A stretch of 64,000 bases of DNA, taken from assembly GCA_951406725.2 (NCBI GenBank), contig OX597819.1, positions 37,386,001-37,450,000 of the forward strand. The letters are read 5' to 3'. The notes under the pieces were generated by a model. It saw only the letters and a list, made by a program, of their open reading frames with translations, did not search any database and was not told the DNA's origin. The number at the start of each line of letters is the position of its first letter. Positions within the stretch are counted from its first letter, which is position 1. A program made the translations under genes and the position numbers. Origin of the DNA: Octopus vulgaris. Taxonomy: Eukaryota. Shown in pieces: positions 1-13,293 of this stretch.

Positions 1-490
1 CATATATAGATTTTCAAGCAAAATACATTTGCTGATTTCGAAAATCTGTTCGACAGCAATAATAATTCTCTAAAAGAGATATAGACAGTAACTGCTCGAT
101 AACATAAGGGACTAAAGCCATCTGAATATGGCTAGGGACAGGGCAGGGTGGTGGGGGTGTTACTGTTGCATTTAGCCCCAGGCGAACATCGACATCGCTA
201 GATAGGCTTGACACCGTCACGGTGTCCTTTAACCTGCAAAGGGAGGAGCAGTTACTGTCTATATCTCTTTTAGAGAATTATTATTGCTGTCGAACAGATT
301 TTCGAAATCAGCAAATGTATTTTGCTTGAAAATCTATATATGAATAACCTGCAGAGTGAGATTTCGTCGAGGAAGCGGAGGCCTACCACACGTTGACGAT
401 AGGCAATACACCTTGAAACCATGGTCCGTGTGTGGTTTCCGCTTCATCGGGGAATTATCTCCCTTGCAGGTTAAAGGACACCGTGACGGT
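1..490. mobile_element. Retrozyme-like non-coding element, subfamily A; head-to-head inverted arrangement; may extend left of the window
   Basis: 1-97 is the reverse complement of 246-342, and ~213-245 is the reverse complement of ~459-490. The plus arm contains a long hairpin (345-473) capped by a hammerhead motif. Confidence 0.75.
386..435 (+). ncRNA. Type I hammerhead ribozyme motif (U3 variant)
   Basis: ccacacg-TTGACGA-tagg(caataca)cctt-GAAA-CCATGG-TC-cgtgtgtgg. Stem I cacacg/cgtgtg, stem II agg/cct, palindromic stem III ACCATGGT, GUC cleavage triplet ending at 426. Confidence 0.7.
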
Positions 491-1936
491 ATCAGCCTTC
501 TCCATACGCCAACTTCAGGAGAAGTCCAGAGAGCAGAAAATGCCATTATATATGGCCTTCATTGATCTAACAAAGGCTTTTGACTCGGTAAGCAGAACAG
601 GCCTCTTCATCCTGCTCCAAAAATCGGATGTCCACCAAAGCTGCTGAGGATCATCAAGTCTTTCCATGATGACATGCAAGGCACCATACAGCACAACGGT
701 TCAACATCAGCCGCCTTCCAAATAAAAAACGGGGTAAAGCAAGGTTGTGTCCTCGCTCCTACATTGTTTGGCATCTTCTTCTCGCTCTTACTTTCACATG
801 CCTTTCAGACATCAGACGATGGAGTGTTTCTGCACAGTAGAAGTGACGGGAAACTGTTCAATCTCTCGCGCCTGCGTGCCAAGACCAAAATCAGAAACGT
901 CCTGATCAAGGAGATGTTATTTGCTGATGATGCCGCTCTGGTAACACACACAGAAGAAGCCCTCCAAAGGCTCATTAACTGTTTTGAGCAAGCATGTAAC
1001 GACTTTGGCTTAGCTATCAGCCTTAAGAAGACCAACATCATGGGCCAGGCTACATCGGACATCCCAAACATACATATTGGAGACCACAGATTACAAGAGG
1101 TGGAGAAGTTTACCTATCTGGGCTCTACCGTCACCTACAACCTATCCCATGACGCTGAGCTCAATATACGCATTGGCAAGGCAGCTGCTGCGATGGCCCA
1201 ACTCTCCAAACGGGCTTGGGACAACAATAAGCTGACCAAGACCACGAAAATGAAGATCTACCAGGCATGTGTACTCAGCACTCTACTGTATGGAAGTGAG
1301 ACCCGGACGCTATACACACGCCAAGAGCGTCGCCTAAACATCTTTCACCTGCGCTGCCTCCGAAAAATCCTCCGCATCAAAAGGCAGAATCATATCCCCA
1401 ACAAAGATGTCCTCAGGCAAGCAGGAATACCAAGCATGTTTGCACTCCTCACACAAAGACGTATGAGATGGCTTGGGCATGTTAGCCGTATGAAAGATGG
1501 CAGAATCCCCAAGGACATACTCTACGGAGAGCTTGCTAGGGGTGCTAGGTCTGTGGGTAGACCGATCTTACGTTACAAGGATGTTTGCAAAAGGGACATG
1601 AAGGCCTGCAACATCAATATTAGCGGTTGGGAGGCAGTTGCCGGCAACCGTGGAGAATGGCGACGTACCGTAAAAGAGGGAATACAAAGGAGTGACAGAG
1701 AGAGAGAGGAGAAATGGAAAGAAAGGAAGAGACGTTAACAAGTGACTATGGCACTACAACCAGCCAGGAACAGTCTTCGCTACATTTGCGGTACCTGCCA
1801 GAGGGAGTGTTTGTCCAGGATAGGACTACACAGCCACAGCAGGAAATGTATCAGGACATGAAATATAAAAGCCGGACTAGACTACTTGTGCGCAACTCCA
1901 TTGTCTCCCGAGACAGAAAGGATGCCAACCAACCAA
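491..1936 (+). mobile_element. 5'-truncated RTE-clade LINE (RT domain, C-terminal Zn finger, 3' UTR)
   Basis: RQLQEKSREQKMPLYMAFIDLTKAFDSV, GVKQGCVLAPTLF, LFADD, FTYLGS, WLGHVSRM, ILYGEL. Frameshift near 620. [17 protein letters not shown] lies in another frame at ~1780-1860. Ends in (ccaa)n next to (TA)n. Confidence 0.95.
674..1738 (+). pseudogene. RTE LINE reverse transcriptase fragment (354-aa open segment)
   Basis: ORF track; RT motifs QGCVLAP and FADD; disrupted on both sides. Confidence 0.9.
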
Positions 1937-2048
<112 letters not shown>

Positions 2049-3516
2049 TGCTCGCACGCGAACGCATATATTCAGTCATTTATTGAAGTTTTCCCTTTAC
2101 TTTTTCTTTTTCACCTAGATTCCTCTAAACACAACTTTTTCGCTCTTTGTTCTATAATTACATCTCAGAAATGCAACCCTCTGTAACTAATATGTACCTA
2201 AAAACCTCGATCTATACAAGTTCTACTGAACGAAAGGAAGATTAAATTTGATGAGATTGAGCGATAACTTAGTAATCACTGCAATAGAAAACACGGGACA
2301 AAATACTTGCTGTGTTTTAGTTTCGGCATTTTACGTCCTGAATTCTAATCCGGAGAAGGTTTACGAATGACATCGACACTTCCCTCTTTCATTGATAATG
2401 CCAACAGAACAAAAGCCAAGGCTATAACGCTGTACAAATTTATTTCAGTTTTGTGTGAAATTCTATTTCAATTTTCTATATATTGTAAATTCATTTCATT
2501 ATTTCAGTCATTCACTTTTTCATTCATTCATTCATTCATTCATTCATTCATTCATTCATTCATTCCACTAATAATCTTTGGCAGGGAATAGGAGTCACAA
2601 ATCCCATTATTTCTATCTTTAAAATGTACGGTTTTGAGCCAAGCCAAAAAGAAAATTGCCAATAACTTGGGACTAGTACGCGGAATAACAGTATTTTCAG
2701 TTTGTAGTTTGTTTTCTAAGTTTCATACGGCTCCCGAAATGTAGATTCTTATCTGGAATATATATTACGTCAATACATTTTCTTGCATCTTACAATGGAA
2801 GAAGTACTAAGAAAGTGAAGCGTGGATAAGTGAGGGGGAAAAAAGAGGAGGATTTATATGGTATGGAATAGTGTCAGCGAATGAGAAGAGAATTAAGATC
2901 GAAAAGATAAGACGGTGGGGAGGAGAGGAAAAAACAAAGAAAACGAATCAAATAAAAGTTAAAGAAACGAAGAAAAAAAGAAAAATTAAAATATAACTAC
3001 AATAACGGGTAGATAAACACATACTTATAACTACACACACACATGAGAGAGAGCGGGAAAGAGAGAGAGAGAGACCGTCAGAGAAAGAGAAGGGGTGAGG
3101 AGATAAATTACGTATAGAGAATGGAGATGTGTTAGCTAAGAGATTCATGAGGGTTGTTATAACTATTTTGGCAAATGGACACAAAAATGTAATAGAGGTA
3201 CTACATCAAAAATACTTTCTATATTATAATGTCAGTTCGTGGATGTAAGAGATGTGTAAAGGTAGCCACGAGAAGACAACTCACAGAGCTCTCTAGTAAT
3301 AACAACGTATTTTTATTTTATATCTCGATTGGAGAGCAATGGCGTCGTTGGGTTACGGGTTTCCAATGTGATCACTGTATTTCTGATGGCAGGAGAGTGG
3401 CAAGAGAGTGTCTGCCACTTGGTGTAGAACAAATATTACAAAGGACTTCGGTTTCCTCGTCGACGTTTACATCCTTACCGATCTCGCGCGCCCACTCGCA
3501 CACATGTGCCCACACA

Positions 3517-3672
3517 TATGTATGTATGTACGTACGCATGTATGTATGTATGTATGTATGTATGTATGTATGTAGGTAGGTAGGTAGGTAGGTAGGTAGG
3601 TAGGTAGGTAGATAGGTAGGTAGGTAGATAGGTAGGTAGGTAGATAGGTGGGTAGGTAGGTAAGTATGTATG
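3517..3672. repeat. Compound (TATG)n/(TAGG)n microsatellite
   Basis: Direct inspection. Confidence 0.95.
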
Positions 3673-3690
3673 CATATGAGTATGAATGTC

Positions 3691-4862
3691 ATTCAGTATT
3701 ATTTCAAGATTTCTTGCTAATAGAGAAAGAACCAGTTTCTAACCTAGATCCAAAGCTCCTTCACTGGAATTTCAACAACATCAGCAGGGTATTTTTTGCA
3801 TGTATGTGTGTATATGTGCATTATTTGGAGTCAGTGCACATGCAGATTTGTATGTTTTGTTTTATATATATGTATTCTCACGCATATTTTCGCATGTCAA
3901 GACTTGCGTATCTACACTCAAATGATAAACTTCTGGAAAGTTTTACCGATTCTTTCAGTTCCAGTGATAACTTGGATCTGTAGTCTTCGAATGAGCTTTC
4001 TTCTTTCTGTTTTTGAGAAGCCATATTTCTCAAGATTGGTATTTAGGCAGTGTGTTACATATCCCAGTGCGCCTATAATTACTGGTATAAACCTGAACTT
4101 GTAATCTGGATAGAGTAACAGTACAATTCTCAATAGTTCAGCGTAGGTATTTTCTTTCTCGCTGATCTTCAGCATTATGTTAACATTCGCAGGGCAGCTG
4201 ATTTCCACAACTGTACACAGTTTCTCTTCTTTATCCCAAATTAGTATGTCAGGTTTATTGTGTTTCTATTTTATTGGAATTTTCACTGGGACACTCCACT
4301 AGTACTTAATATTATGAGTAGCTATGGTTTCTTCCTTAATGTGGGTTCTTATCTCGTAGGCCACGGGGTTAACCTTCCGAGGGATTTCATTATACAGTGT
4401 CTTAGCTACAGCATCGTGTCTCATCAGTAGATAATACTGTGATGACATTTTCGGACAACCGCTTATGATATGAGTGATATTTTCAGTATTAACTCCACAA
4501 AGTCTGCATCGGTTATCATATTTTGGTGTTTTAACTGCATCACTGTCCCTTTTGTGCATTAGGTATTTGGTTGATATTTCCTGTTCCTGGATTGCAAACG
4601 CATACCCTTGAAAGTGGGAGGTAGTAATCCAGTTGTTGTTCCATGATAGACTGCTTTGATTATCGATGTTACTACCATCCTGAAACTTACTGCTAACATA
4701 TCCATGCTTGGTCTTCTGCTGACATGCGCTCCTTCTTTCATCTGAAGATACGTTGTGGTAGAGACGTGCAACTTCTTTGGGCGTGTATTTAAGGTTATCA
4801 GACGACGAATGCTACTCAAGGAGCTGCTTATCAAGTTTCATGGTATTATCAGCCTCATGTTT
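3691..4862 (-). mobile_element. 3' part of an RLE-type non-LTR retrotransposon (Dong/R4-like), decayed
   Basis: CRLCGVNTENITHIISGC (CCHC), RHDAVAK, KPDILIWDK..VVEISCP..EKENTY (PD-D/ExK nuclease), PVIIGALG; stops and frameshifts. Confidence 0.85.
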
Positions 4863-4998
4863 GCAAACTTGTATGTATGTATTTATGTATGTATTATGTA
4901 TGTGTGCATATATGTATAATGTGTGGGGGTGTACACACGGACCAAGAGACGGACAGTCAGAATAATAGATATAGATACAGAGAGGCAGAGAAAGAGAC

Positions 4999-5069
<71 letters not shown>

Positions 5070-5079
5070 GTCACAAAAA

Positions 5080-5351
5080 TTAAGAAATCTGCATAAGGTG
5101 GAAGTAAATGTCTTCAAAACGGAACTAGGCATCTTCCTCTCCACAAAACCGGATGAACCAACAGCACGACACGAGGTGCAGACGAGGGCAACGGAATTAA
5201 ACTCCCTTATACACCAAATGGGCCAACAGCTGGGACAAAGGCACATACAGGAGTGGTGATGTGAAACACCCCAGATTGAAGAAATCAGAAAGAGCACGTT
5301 GGTACTCTAGCATGACCGCAGCCGCATGCCTGAAACGAGTAAAAGAGTAAA
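5080..5351 (+). mobile_element. 3' end of a CR1/Zenon-like LINE
   Basis: LRNLHKVEVNVFKTELGIFLSTKPDEP...NSLIHQ followed by the tail ggtactctagcatgaccgcagccgcatgcctgaaacgagtaaaagagtaaa. Confidence 0.7.
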
Positions 5352-5374
5352 CAATATGTATGTATGTATGTATG

Positions 5375-5424
<50 letters not shown>

Positions 5425-5555
5425 ACCACTATTATGCAATTCAAACAATGATAGACATAAACCAAATCATAAATAAAAAATAAAATATATTTTATAACAT
5501 ATAACTAGATCACAAAAAGTACAAAAATGAATAAACAATATATAATAAGTAAAAG

Positions 5556-5655
5556 GACCACGTACGTTTCATGGCTATAATCTCAATTCGAATTACAATT
5601 AAATTTAAATTTAATCGAAAAAATTCAATTGAAAATTATAGTCACTCGTCAGGTC
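5556..5655 (-). ncRNA. Hammerhead-like motif with very long AT-rich stem II
   Basis: Minus strand: gac-CTGACGA-gtgactataattttcaattg...aattgagattatagccat-GAAAC-GTAC-GT-G-gtc. Palindromic stem III ACGTACGT. The cleavage-site base is G in this copy. Confidence 0.6.
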
Positions 5656-6254
5656 GACAATAATAACAAAAATAGTTAAATAAATAAGCAAATAGAATTA
5701 AACAATATTTCTTAAAGAAATAAAATCATGCTTCTTATAGAAGCAACTCCATTAGCTAAATTTGAAACTTAAAACATTAGGACTAGTTGCCTACAATACA
5801 TTTATCATGTTAAATATTTAAGGTAAAAATATAGAGTAAATAGATAGAAAAATGTATTTATCTGTGAAGATATACTTTAGCTTTAATAAAAAACATTAAT
5901 AAACTATAGAATATCTTTAACCTAGTTATACTCTGATATTTAATTACCAAACTATTTTACAAAACAATCACACGTAATATTTTTAGATTTTAGTTCACAT
6001 ATAATAATTATAAAATAATAAAATTATAAAATTATATAAAAGTACGTATCTAAATTATAACCAACAAATATATCAATTAGAAATACATATTTTTCCTATT
6101 AATAAACATATAGATAAATATATTACTCCATTATTACTTAAATAAATATTATAGATATTCCGAAAATATTTATGAAATAAAAAATAAGAAATGAAAATTT
6201 CCAAAACCAAAAACTTAGAACTTAACGTTTATAAAATTATTTGCGAAAAGCGTA

Positions 6255-6311
<57 letters not shown>

Positions 6312-6349
6312 GTTATCATCATCATCATTCAGTAGTCTCATTTTTATCA

Positions 6350-6540
6350 CGTGCTTTGACTGCACAACCGAGCCCAACCTGTTCCTTCTGCTAACCAGCA
6401 CAGCTGTGCACTAGGCAATAGAATGTGCAAATCTTTGACCGGGCTCAAGCGTCATAGAAGAATCTCACATTGCATCAACAATGACTCATTTCAGTGATTC
6501 TTTCTAGGATTGGCTTTGCTTTTATACGAGAAAGCAGCTT
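6350..6540 (+). mobile_element. 3' terminal fragment of an RTE-like LINE (degenerate Zn finger)
   Basis: HSCALGNRMCKSLTGLKRHRR resembles the RTE C-terminal C2H2 finger. Confidence 0.5.
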
Positions 6541-6672
6541 AACCGTTTCGGCAAAAAAGACCGATAGAGTAAGTACTAGACTTACAAAGAATAAGTCCTG
6601 GGGTCGATTTGCTCGACTAAAGGCGGTGCTCCAGTATGGTGACAGTCACATGACTGAAACTAGCAAAAGAGT
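6537..6672 (+). mobile_element. 3' half of tRNA-derived SINE family 1
   Basis: Matches 7495-7625. Confidence 0.85.
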
Positions 6673-6740
6673 ATATATATATATATTTCTCGTTTCAGCT
6701 CAGAGTTGCGGCCGTGCTGATGCACCGCCGTTAAAAAGGG

Positions 6741-6989
<249 letters not shown>

Positions 6990-7029
6990 GTATGTATATA
7001 TATATGTATGTATATATATATATATATAC

Positions 7030-7117
<88 letters not shown>

Positions 7118-7118
7118 G

Positions 7119-7182
<64 letters not shown>

Positions 7183-7183
<1 letters not shown>

Positions 7184-7346
7184 CGTAGGAGTGGCTGTGT
7201 GGTAAGTAGCTTGCTAACCAACCACATGGTTCCGGGTTCAGTCCCACTGCGTGGCATCTTGGGCAAATGTCTTCTGCTATAGCCCCGGGCCGACCAATGC
7301 CTTGTGAGTGGATTTGGTAGACGGAAACTGAAAGAAGCCTGTCGTA

Positions 7347-7413
<67 letters not shown>

Positions 7414-7637
7414 ATGTGTTTGTGTGTCTGTGTTTGTCCATCTAGCATTGCTTGACAACCGATGCTGGTGTGTTTACGTCCCCCGTCACTTAGCGGTTCG
7501 GCAAAAGAGACCGATAGAATAAGTACTGGGCTTACAAAGAATAAGTCCCGGGGTCGATTTGCTCGACTAAAGGCGGTGCTCCAGCATGGCCACAGTCGAA
7601 TGACTGAAACAAGTAAAAGAGTAAAAGAGTAAAGAGT
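7183..7637 (+). mobile_element. tRNA-derived SINE family 1 with internal microsatellite and LINE-derived 3' tail
   Basis: A box tggctgtgtggtaag, B-box-like ggttcagtccc, tail ggcggtgctccagcatggcc...ctgaaacaagtaaaagagt; near-identical copies elsewhere in the window. Confidence 0.92.
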
Positions 7638-7658
7638 ATATATATATATATATATATG

Positions 7659-7986
<328 letters not shown>

Positions 7987-8049
7987 ATATATATATGTAC
8001 GTATATATATATGTATATATATATATATATGTACGTATATATATGTATG

Positions 8050-8646
<597 letters not shown>

Positions 8647-8661
8647 TATATATATATATAC

Positions 8662-8692
<31 letters not shown>

Positions 8693-8771
8693 TGTATGTA
8701 TGTATGTATGTATGTACGTATGTGCATATATTTATTTATATATATGTATGTATATATATGCATGTGTGTAT

Positions 8772-8852
<81 letters not shown>

Positions 8853-8855
<3 letters not shown>

Positions 8856-9030
8856 GGAAAGTTTACGAAAATAAACAAAAGACGAAGGCAGGTTGAGTAC
8901 AAACAAACAAATGTATTAGTATTGCGATCAAGAATAGAAAAAGTCTTTTACGTTTCGAGCCTACGCTCTTCGATAGAATGATATCCAGAAAAAAAAAACA
9001 AAGAGAGAAAAAAGGAGAGAAAAAAAAGGA
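8853..9030 (-). mobile_element. PLE pseudo-LTR-like fragment with degenerate minimal hammerhead (8945-8979)
   Basis: Minus strand CTATCGA-a-gagc(gtag)gctc-GAAACGTA-aaag. Confidence 0.45.
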
Positions 9031-9652
9031 ATACACACACGTACATGCGAACGCAAACGTATATATACAGTAATGGATCTCAGTCGTTCAGCGATGAGGA
9101 TTCAGTTGTTCGATTAACGGAATTACTTGCTCTTGGATGTGTAAGTGTCTGGTCATTCCATTGATATATGTACACTTAACGTAATTTTCAGGCAGTGTGA
9201 GCAAAAGTTGTAAATTTTGAATTACATAATCCCACTGCAATTCAGTGATATAGAAAGCGACATGCCCAGTGTGGGAATCGAACCCAAAATCACCTAGTTG
9301 TGAAGCAAACTAAACTTTTCGGACATATTCTACCAGCACCTGAATTTTCAAAGTGTTTAGTTTAAAAAATTAATTAAAACTTTGGCCGTCAAATTGAATA
9401 GATCCGACTTCTATAAACCAAATTTAACTTGCCTTCAAAGTATATAACTTTGTATCCGTTTAAGACAATGTCGTTCATTTTTCCGTTTTATGTTTTAATT
9501 ATACTAAATATTGCCGTGCATATCTTAGATAACAATCGTTCAACAAAAGAAGTTCAATTATTCGTAACTTTCTTCATCATTGTTTATATACTTTTAAAAT
9601 GATCAAAACGTTCATGTTAATACATAAATGGGATACTTTGTATGTATTAATC

Positions 9653-10081
9653 TATAATGACGTCATCTTGGAAATCTCCAGCACGCATGCGCAGGGTTGG
9701 AATCTTCCGGAAAGCCTGCCGAAAGTTCCATCATACGCATGCGCAGAAAACTAGCAGGAGCGAAATTCTCTTGTATATCTCTCTGACGCTAGCAACTGAA
9801 CGATACAGACGTGTCTCCAGCAGCTCTCTCGAGCTGCTACCTCGTGGGGCATCCCCGCTATGCTTGAACGGGCAGGATAGACTCACTCCACTTGACTACT
9901 GCCGATAGGCTCCTAGGTTGCCGATTCGCCCAAAGGATTGAAATGTTTATATTGCAAATCAAAGAACAAATATTTATACTGTTGAAGTTAACGGAAAATT
10001 TTGACTCTTTCTTCAATTAATATTTAATGTAAAGGACGCGAGCAGCACCCATCCAGTGCGGGAATCTCTCATCCTGTTACA
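9653..10081. mobile_element. Solo LTR (Gypsy-like)
   Basis: Termini tataat...gttaca (5' TG decayed to TA); 4-bp TSD aatc at 9649-9652 and 10082-10085; GC-richer than flanks. Confidence 0.65.
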
Positions 10082-10409
10082 AATCCTTGGTTTAGAAAAC
10101 CGGAAAATTAAGAAATTCAGGTCACTTCCTAGCCCAAGCTTGCTAAATAAATGTTCTGGTATGCGTAGCTGTCATTGTTATTGTTTATTGTACTGTTTGC
10201 ATTTGATTATCCTACAGCTGATGAAATATTTTACACTGGTTTCATTTTATTGTTCACCAGTGTTATAATGACTCGGCGTTCATGACGTTCTGTGTGTATG
10301 AGAGAGTGTGCACATGTGTGTACACAAAACTTTCGGCTCTGGAGTCACTTTACAACTCATTTGTGCATGCATGCATGTATGCGCGTATATATACTCTAAT
10401 GTATTTATG

Positions 10410-10805
10410 TTTATTTCTTTTCTGCCCACAAGGAGCTAAACACAGAGAAGACAAACAAGGACAAACAAACGGATTAAGTCGATTATATCTACCCCAGTGC
10501 GTAACTGGTACTTATTTAATCGACCCCGAAAGGGTGAAAGGCAAAGTCGACCTCGGCGGAATTTGAACTCAGAACATAACGGCAGACGAAATACCTATTT
10601 CTTTACTACCCACAAGGGGCTAAACACAGAGAGGACAAACAAGGACAGACAAACGGATTAAGTCGATTATATCGACCCCAGTGTGTAACTGGCACTTAAT
10701 TTATCGACCCTGAAAGGATGAAAGACAAAGTCGACCTCGGCGGAATTTGAACTCAGAACGTAACGGCAGACGAAATACCGCAAAGCATTTCGCTCGGCAT
10801 GCTAA
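10410..10805 (-). mobile_element. Tandem dimer of SINE family 2 (CORE/MIR-like)
   Basis: Two ~180-bp units homologous to 25690-25906. Confidence 0.88.
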
Positions 10806-12687
10806 GTATACTCAGACCTAGTTATTAGACGATGGAAGAGTTCATAATATATTCTTATGCATTGAGTTTCATTTCTCCTATTTTTTCCACCAAACAAACA
10901 CACAGTTACATTATACTTGGTAGGAGGTGCTTGTAGTGTGAATTCGATTACCATCGAAGTAAAATTTTGCTTCTAATTTTTTTCTTTCTTTTGCATTCTT
11001 TCCGGATCGATAAGTACAAAACCAGGAGAGTAAGTTAGCAGAACTGTTAGAACGTTAGAAATGATTTGAAGGGTCTGTTCTAGTTTTTTACGTTCTAAGT
11101 TCAAATTCCAGCTATGGACTAATGGTCAGAACTACTTACTCGGTCTTTGAAAGAACTCTTTCCAATATGCAATTGGCAAGTATGGACAAGTGGGACTACG
11201 ATTAGAAGAGATGAGCCAGAAACAATGATGAAATATAGTAGTGGATCAACAATGTATGAGGTCCGTCCTGAGATAAATATTCAGAATTCGGATCATTTTT
11301 GTTTGGCTGCCAAAGTCAATTTGTGTTCGAATTGATTTCTTATTCAGTGTAATGAAACGCTTTTATATGCTAATCGATGCCATGAAAATCATTTTCGCCA
11401 TAAATCAATAAATAAAGAGTTATTAGCTATCAAAGTTTGAAATTTTTTGGTAATTTTAACCAATCGTAAGCCACAGATATATATTCATGCTTGTTTCCGT
11501 AGTGACAAGCCACACATGAGAACTCTTTTGTCTGCGAGAAAGCACGTGTTGACCAATATGGTACAGTATTTGAGATGGTTGTCATATGTCCTAAAAATAG
11601 CAGCCAAATAAACCATAAATTACGCACCAGAGGAGGATGCGGTTTCGTACTTGCAAGAAAAGGGTGTTATACAAAAAAAATTATGCAAAGCGAAGATGCA
11701 TTTTATGAGTACAAGAAAACGCGGAGGGAATATGTATTGGCGATGCATGCACCAAGGATACATGGAGTCTGTGTCAGTAAGGAAAGACATGGTTCGAAGT
11801 TAGCACCCTTCTTCTTAGGACTGTAGTACTTTTCCTTTTCTTATTGGTTAAGGATTTGACTTCAGTCCAGTTTTGGGTTGAAGAACTGGAGATGAGCCAT
11901 TGCATAGCTGTTGATTATAACAGCTTTGTTAGGGAAGTATGTGCGGAGGACTTGCTCCGTTATCCAGTTAATGTTGGAGATACTTGTTTTTTTAAAAACA
12001 TTTAATTTGTAATGGGCTATTTTGTTTTTAGATAAATCTTTTAAGTTTGTGCTATAAGTTCCTTATTTGAGAAATATTTCATTTGTAATGTACTGTTTAT
12101 TGCATTAAATGCCTATCGAATGTTTAAAGCTACAAAATACGTGCTGTTTACTCGTTTGTTGGGTTTTTTTTTTGTCATCGCAGTGGTTGTGAGGTGTGCT
12201 GAAAATAACAGCTAAATAGGCCTTAAATCATGCACCCCCATAATTGTTTTTTTTTTTTGCTTAATCGTATGAAGTTCCGTGTGTTGAATACAAATTCGCA
12301 AAAATTTTCTGAAAACTCAGAAAAATATTTTAAAAAATTATGAGGAGTTATATGTCGTGTGTAATTCATTTGTTTACGGTTTCATATAAAAACGCAAGTG
12401 CTATTTTCAGGACGCTGACTAAATGTACAGGCACGCACAAAATGACAGATTACAAATCCTGTTTCCTGATTGGGTGAAAATGATCAAACTTTGAATATCT
12501 ATAACTTTTTTTTTTTTTTGATTTTCTGGAAAAAGTGAAATAACTCCAGCAATTCAGCTTGGAAATCTACATTAATGTACCAAATTTTAAAATTTTCAAT
12601 AAACTTTAATTTTTGAAATCTTGGCAACCAAGCAGAAAATATCCCAGAATCCTCCTTTTATTAAATAGATATATAAAAATCAACTCA

Positions 12688-13170
12688 AGGAACATTGGTG
12701 GAACATTCCCATCAAAACTTCTATCAAGTGCAAATATAAGAGGCCGGATATTGTTTGGGACAGATAAGAAAAATTATGTACTGTTATACAGGTCAGATTC
12801 CCTGCTGATGTGAATATCTCTTCGAAAATGGAAGAGAAAGAGGATAACTACAGACAACTGCTTCGAAATCTATAGCTTCTATATCCAGATTATAAATTTA
12901 CATCTATACAAATAATAATTGGTGCTCTTGACTTTATGAACAAATGCCTAAGGGACACTCAGGATAAGCTGGGGTTTCTAGCAAAATAAATCAACCTCGC
13001 ACATTACAATTACAATCTCTAAGTGAAACAGTAACAATATGCATGACATTCTCGAGTGCAAAACGTGAATTTGCTTTTGTTATCTATATTCCAACGTTGA
13101 AGCTTTGTATCTTTGTTAGAAATCAGCCCCTTCCCTGCAGGAAGATTTCAAATAATTAGAAATGAGAGAG
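12688..13170 (+). mobile_element. Old Dong/R4-like RLE LINE 3' remnant
   Basis: WWNIPIKTSIKCKYKRPDIVW..EKLCTVIQV.FPADVN..EKEDNY..LLYPDYKF..IIIGAL; homologous to 3918-4300. Confidence 0.8.
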
Positions 13171-13293
13171 AAGATATACTTTTAGATATTTTTTGAAAAC
13201 TTCATTAAACTAGAAACTTATATGCAAAGTAAAAAAAAATAGTCAATAAGTTATTAGAAACACTTTTTATTCTTGCCTCGTAAAAATACCTCT

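Noticed and set aside
3300-3500. Unique GC-richer block that might be an exon
   Set aside because: No convincing pair of splice sites or recognisable peptide
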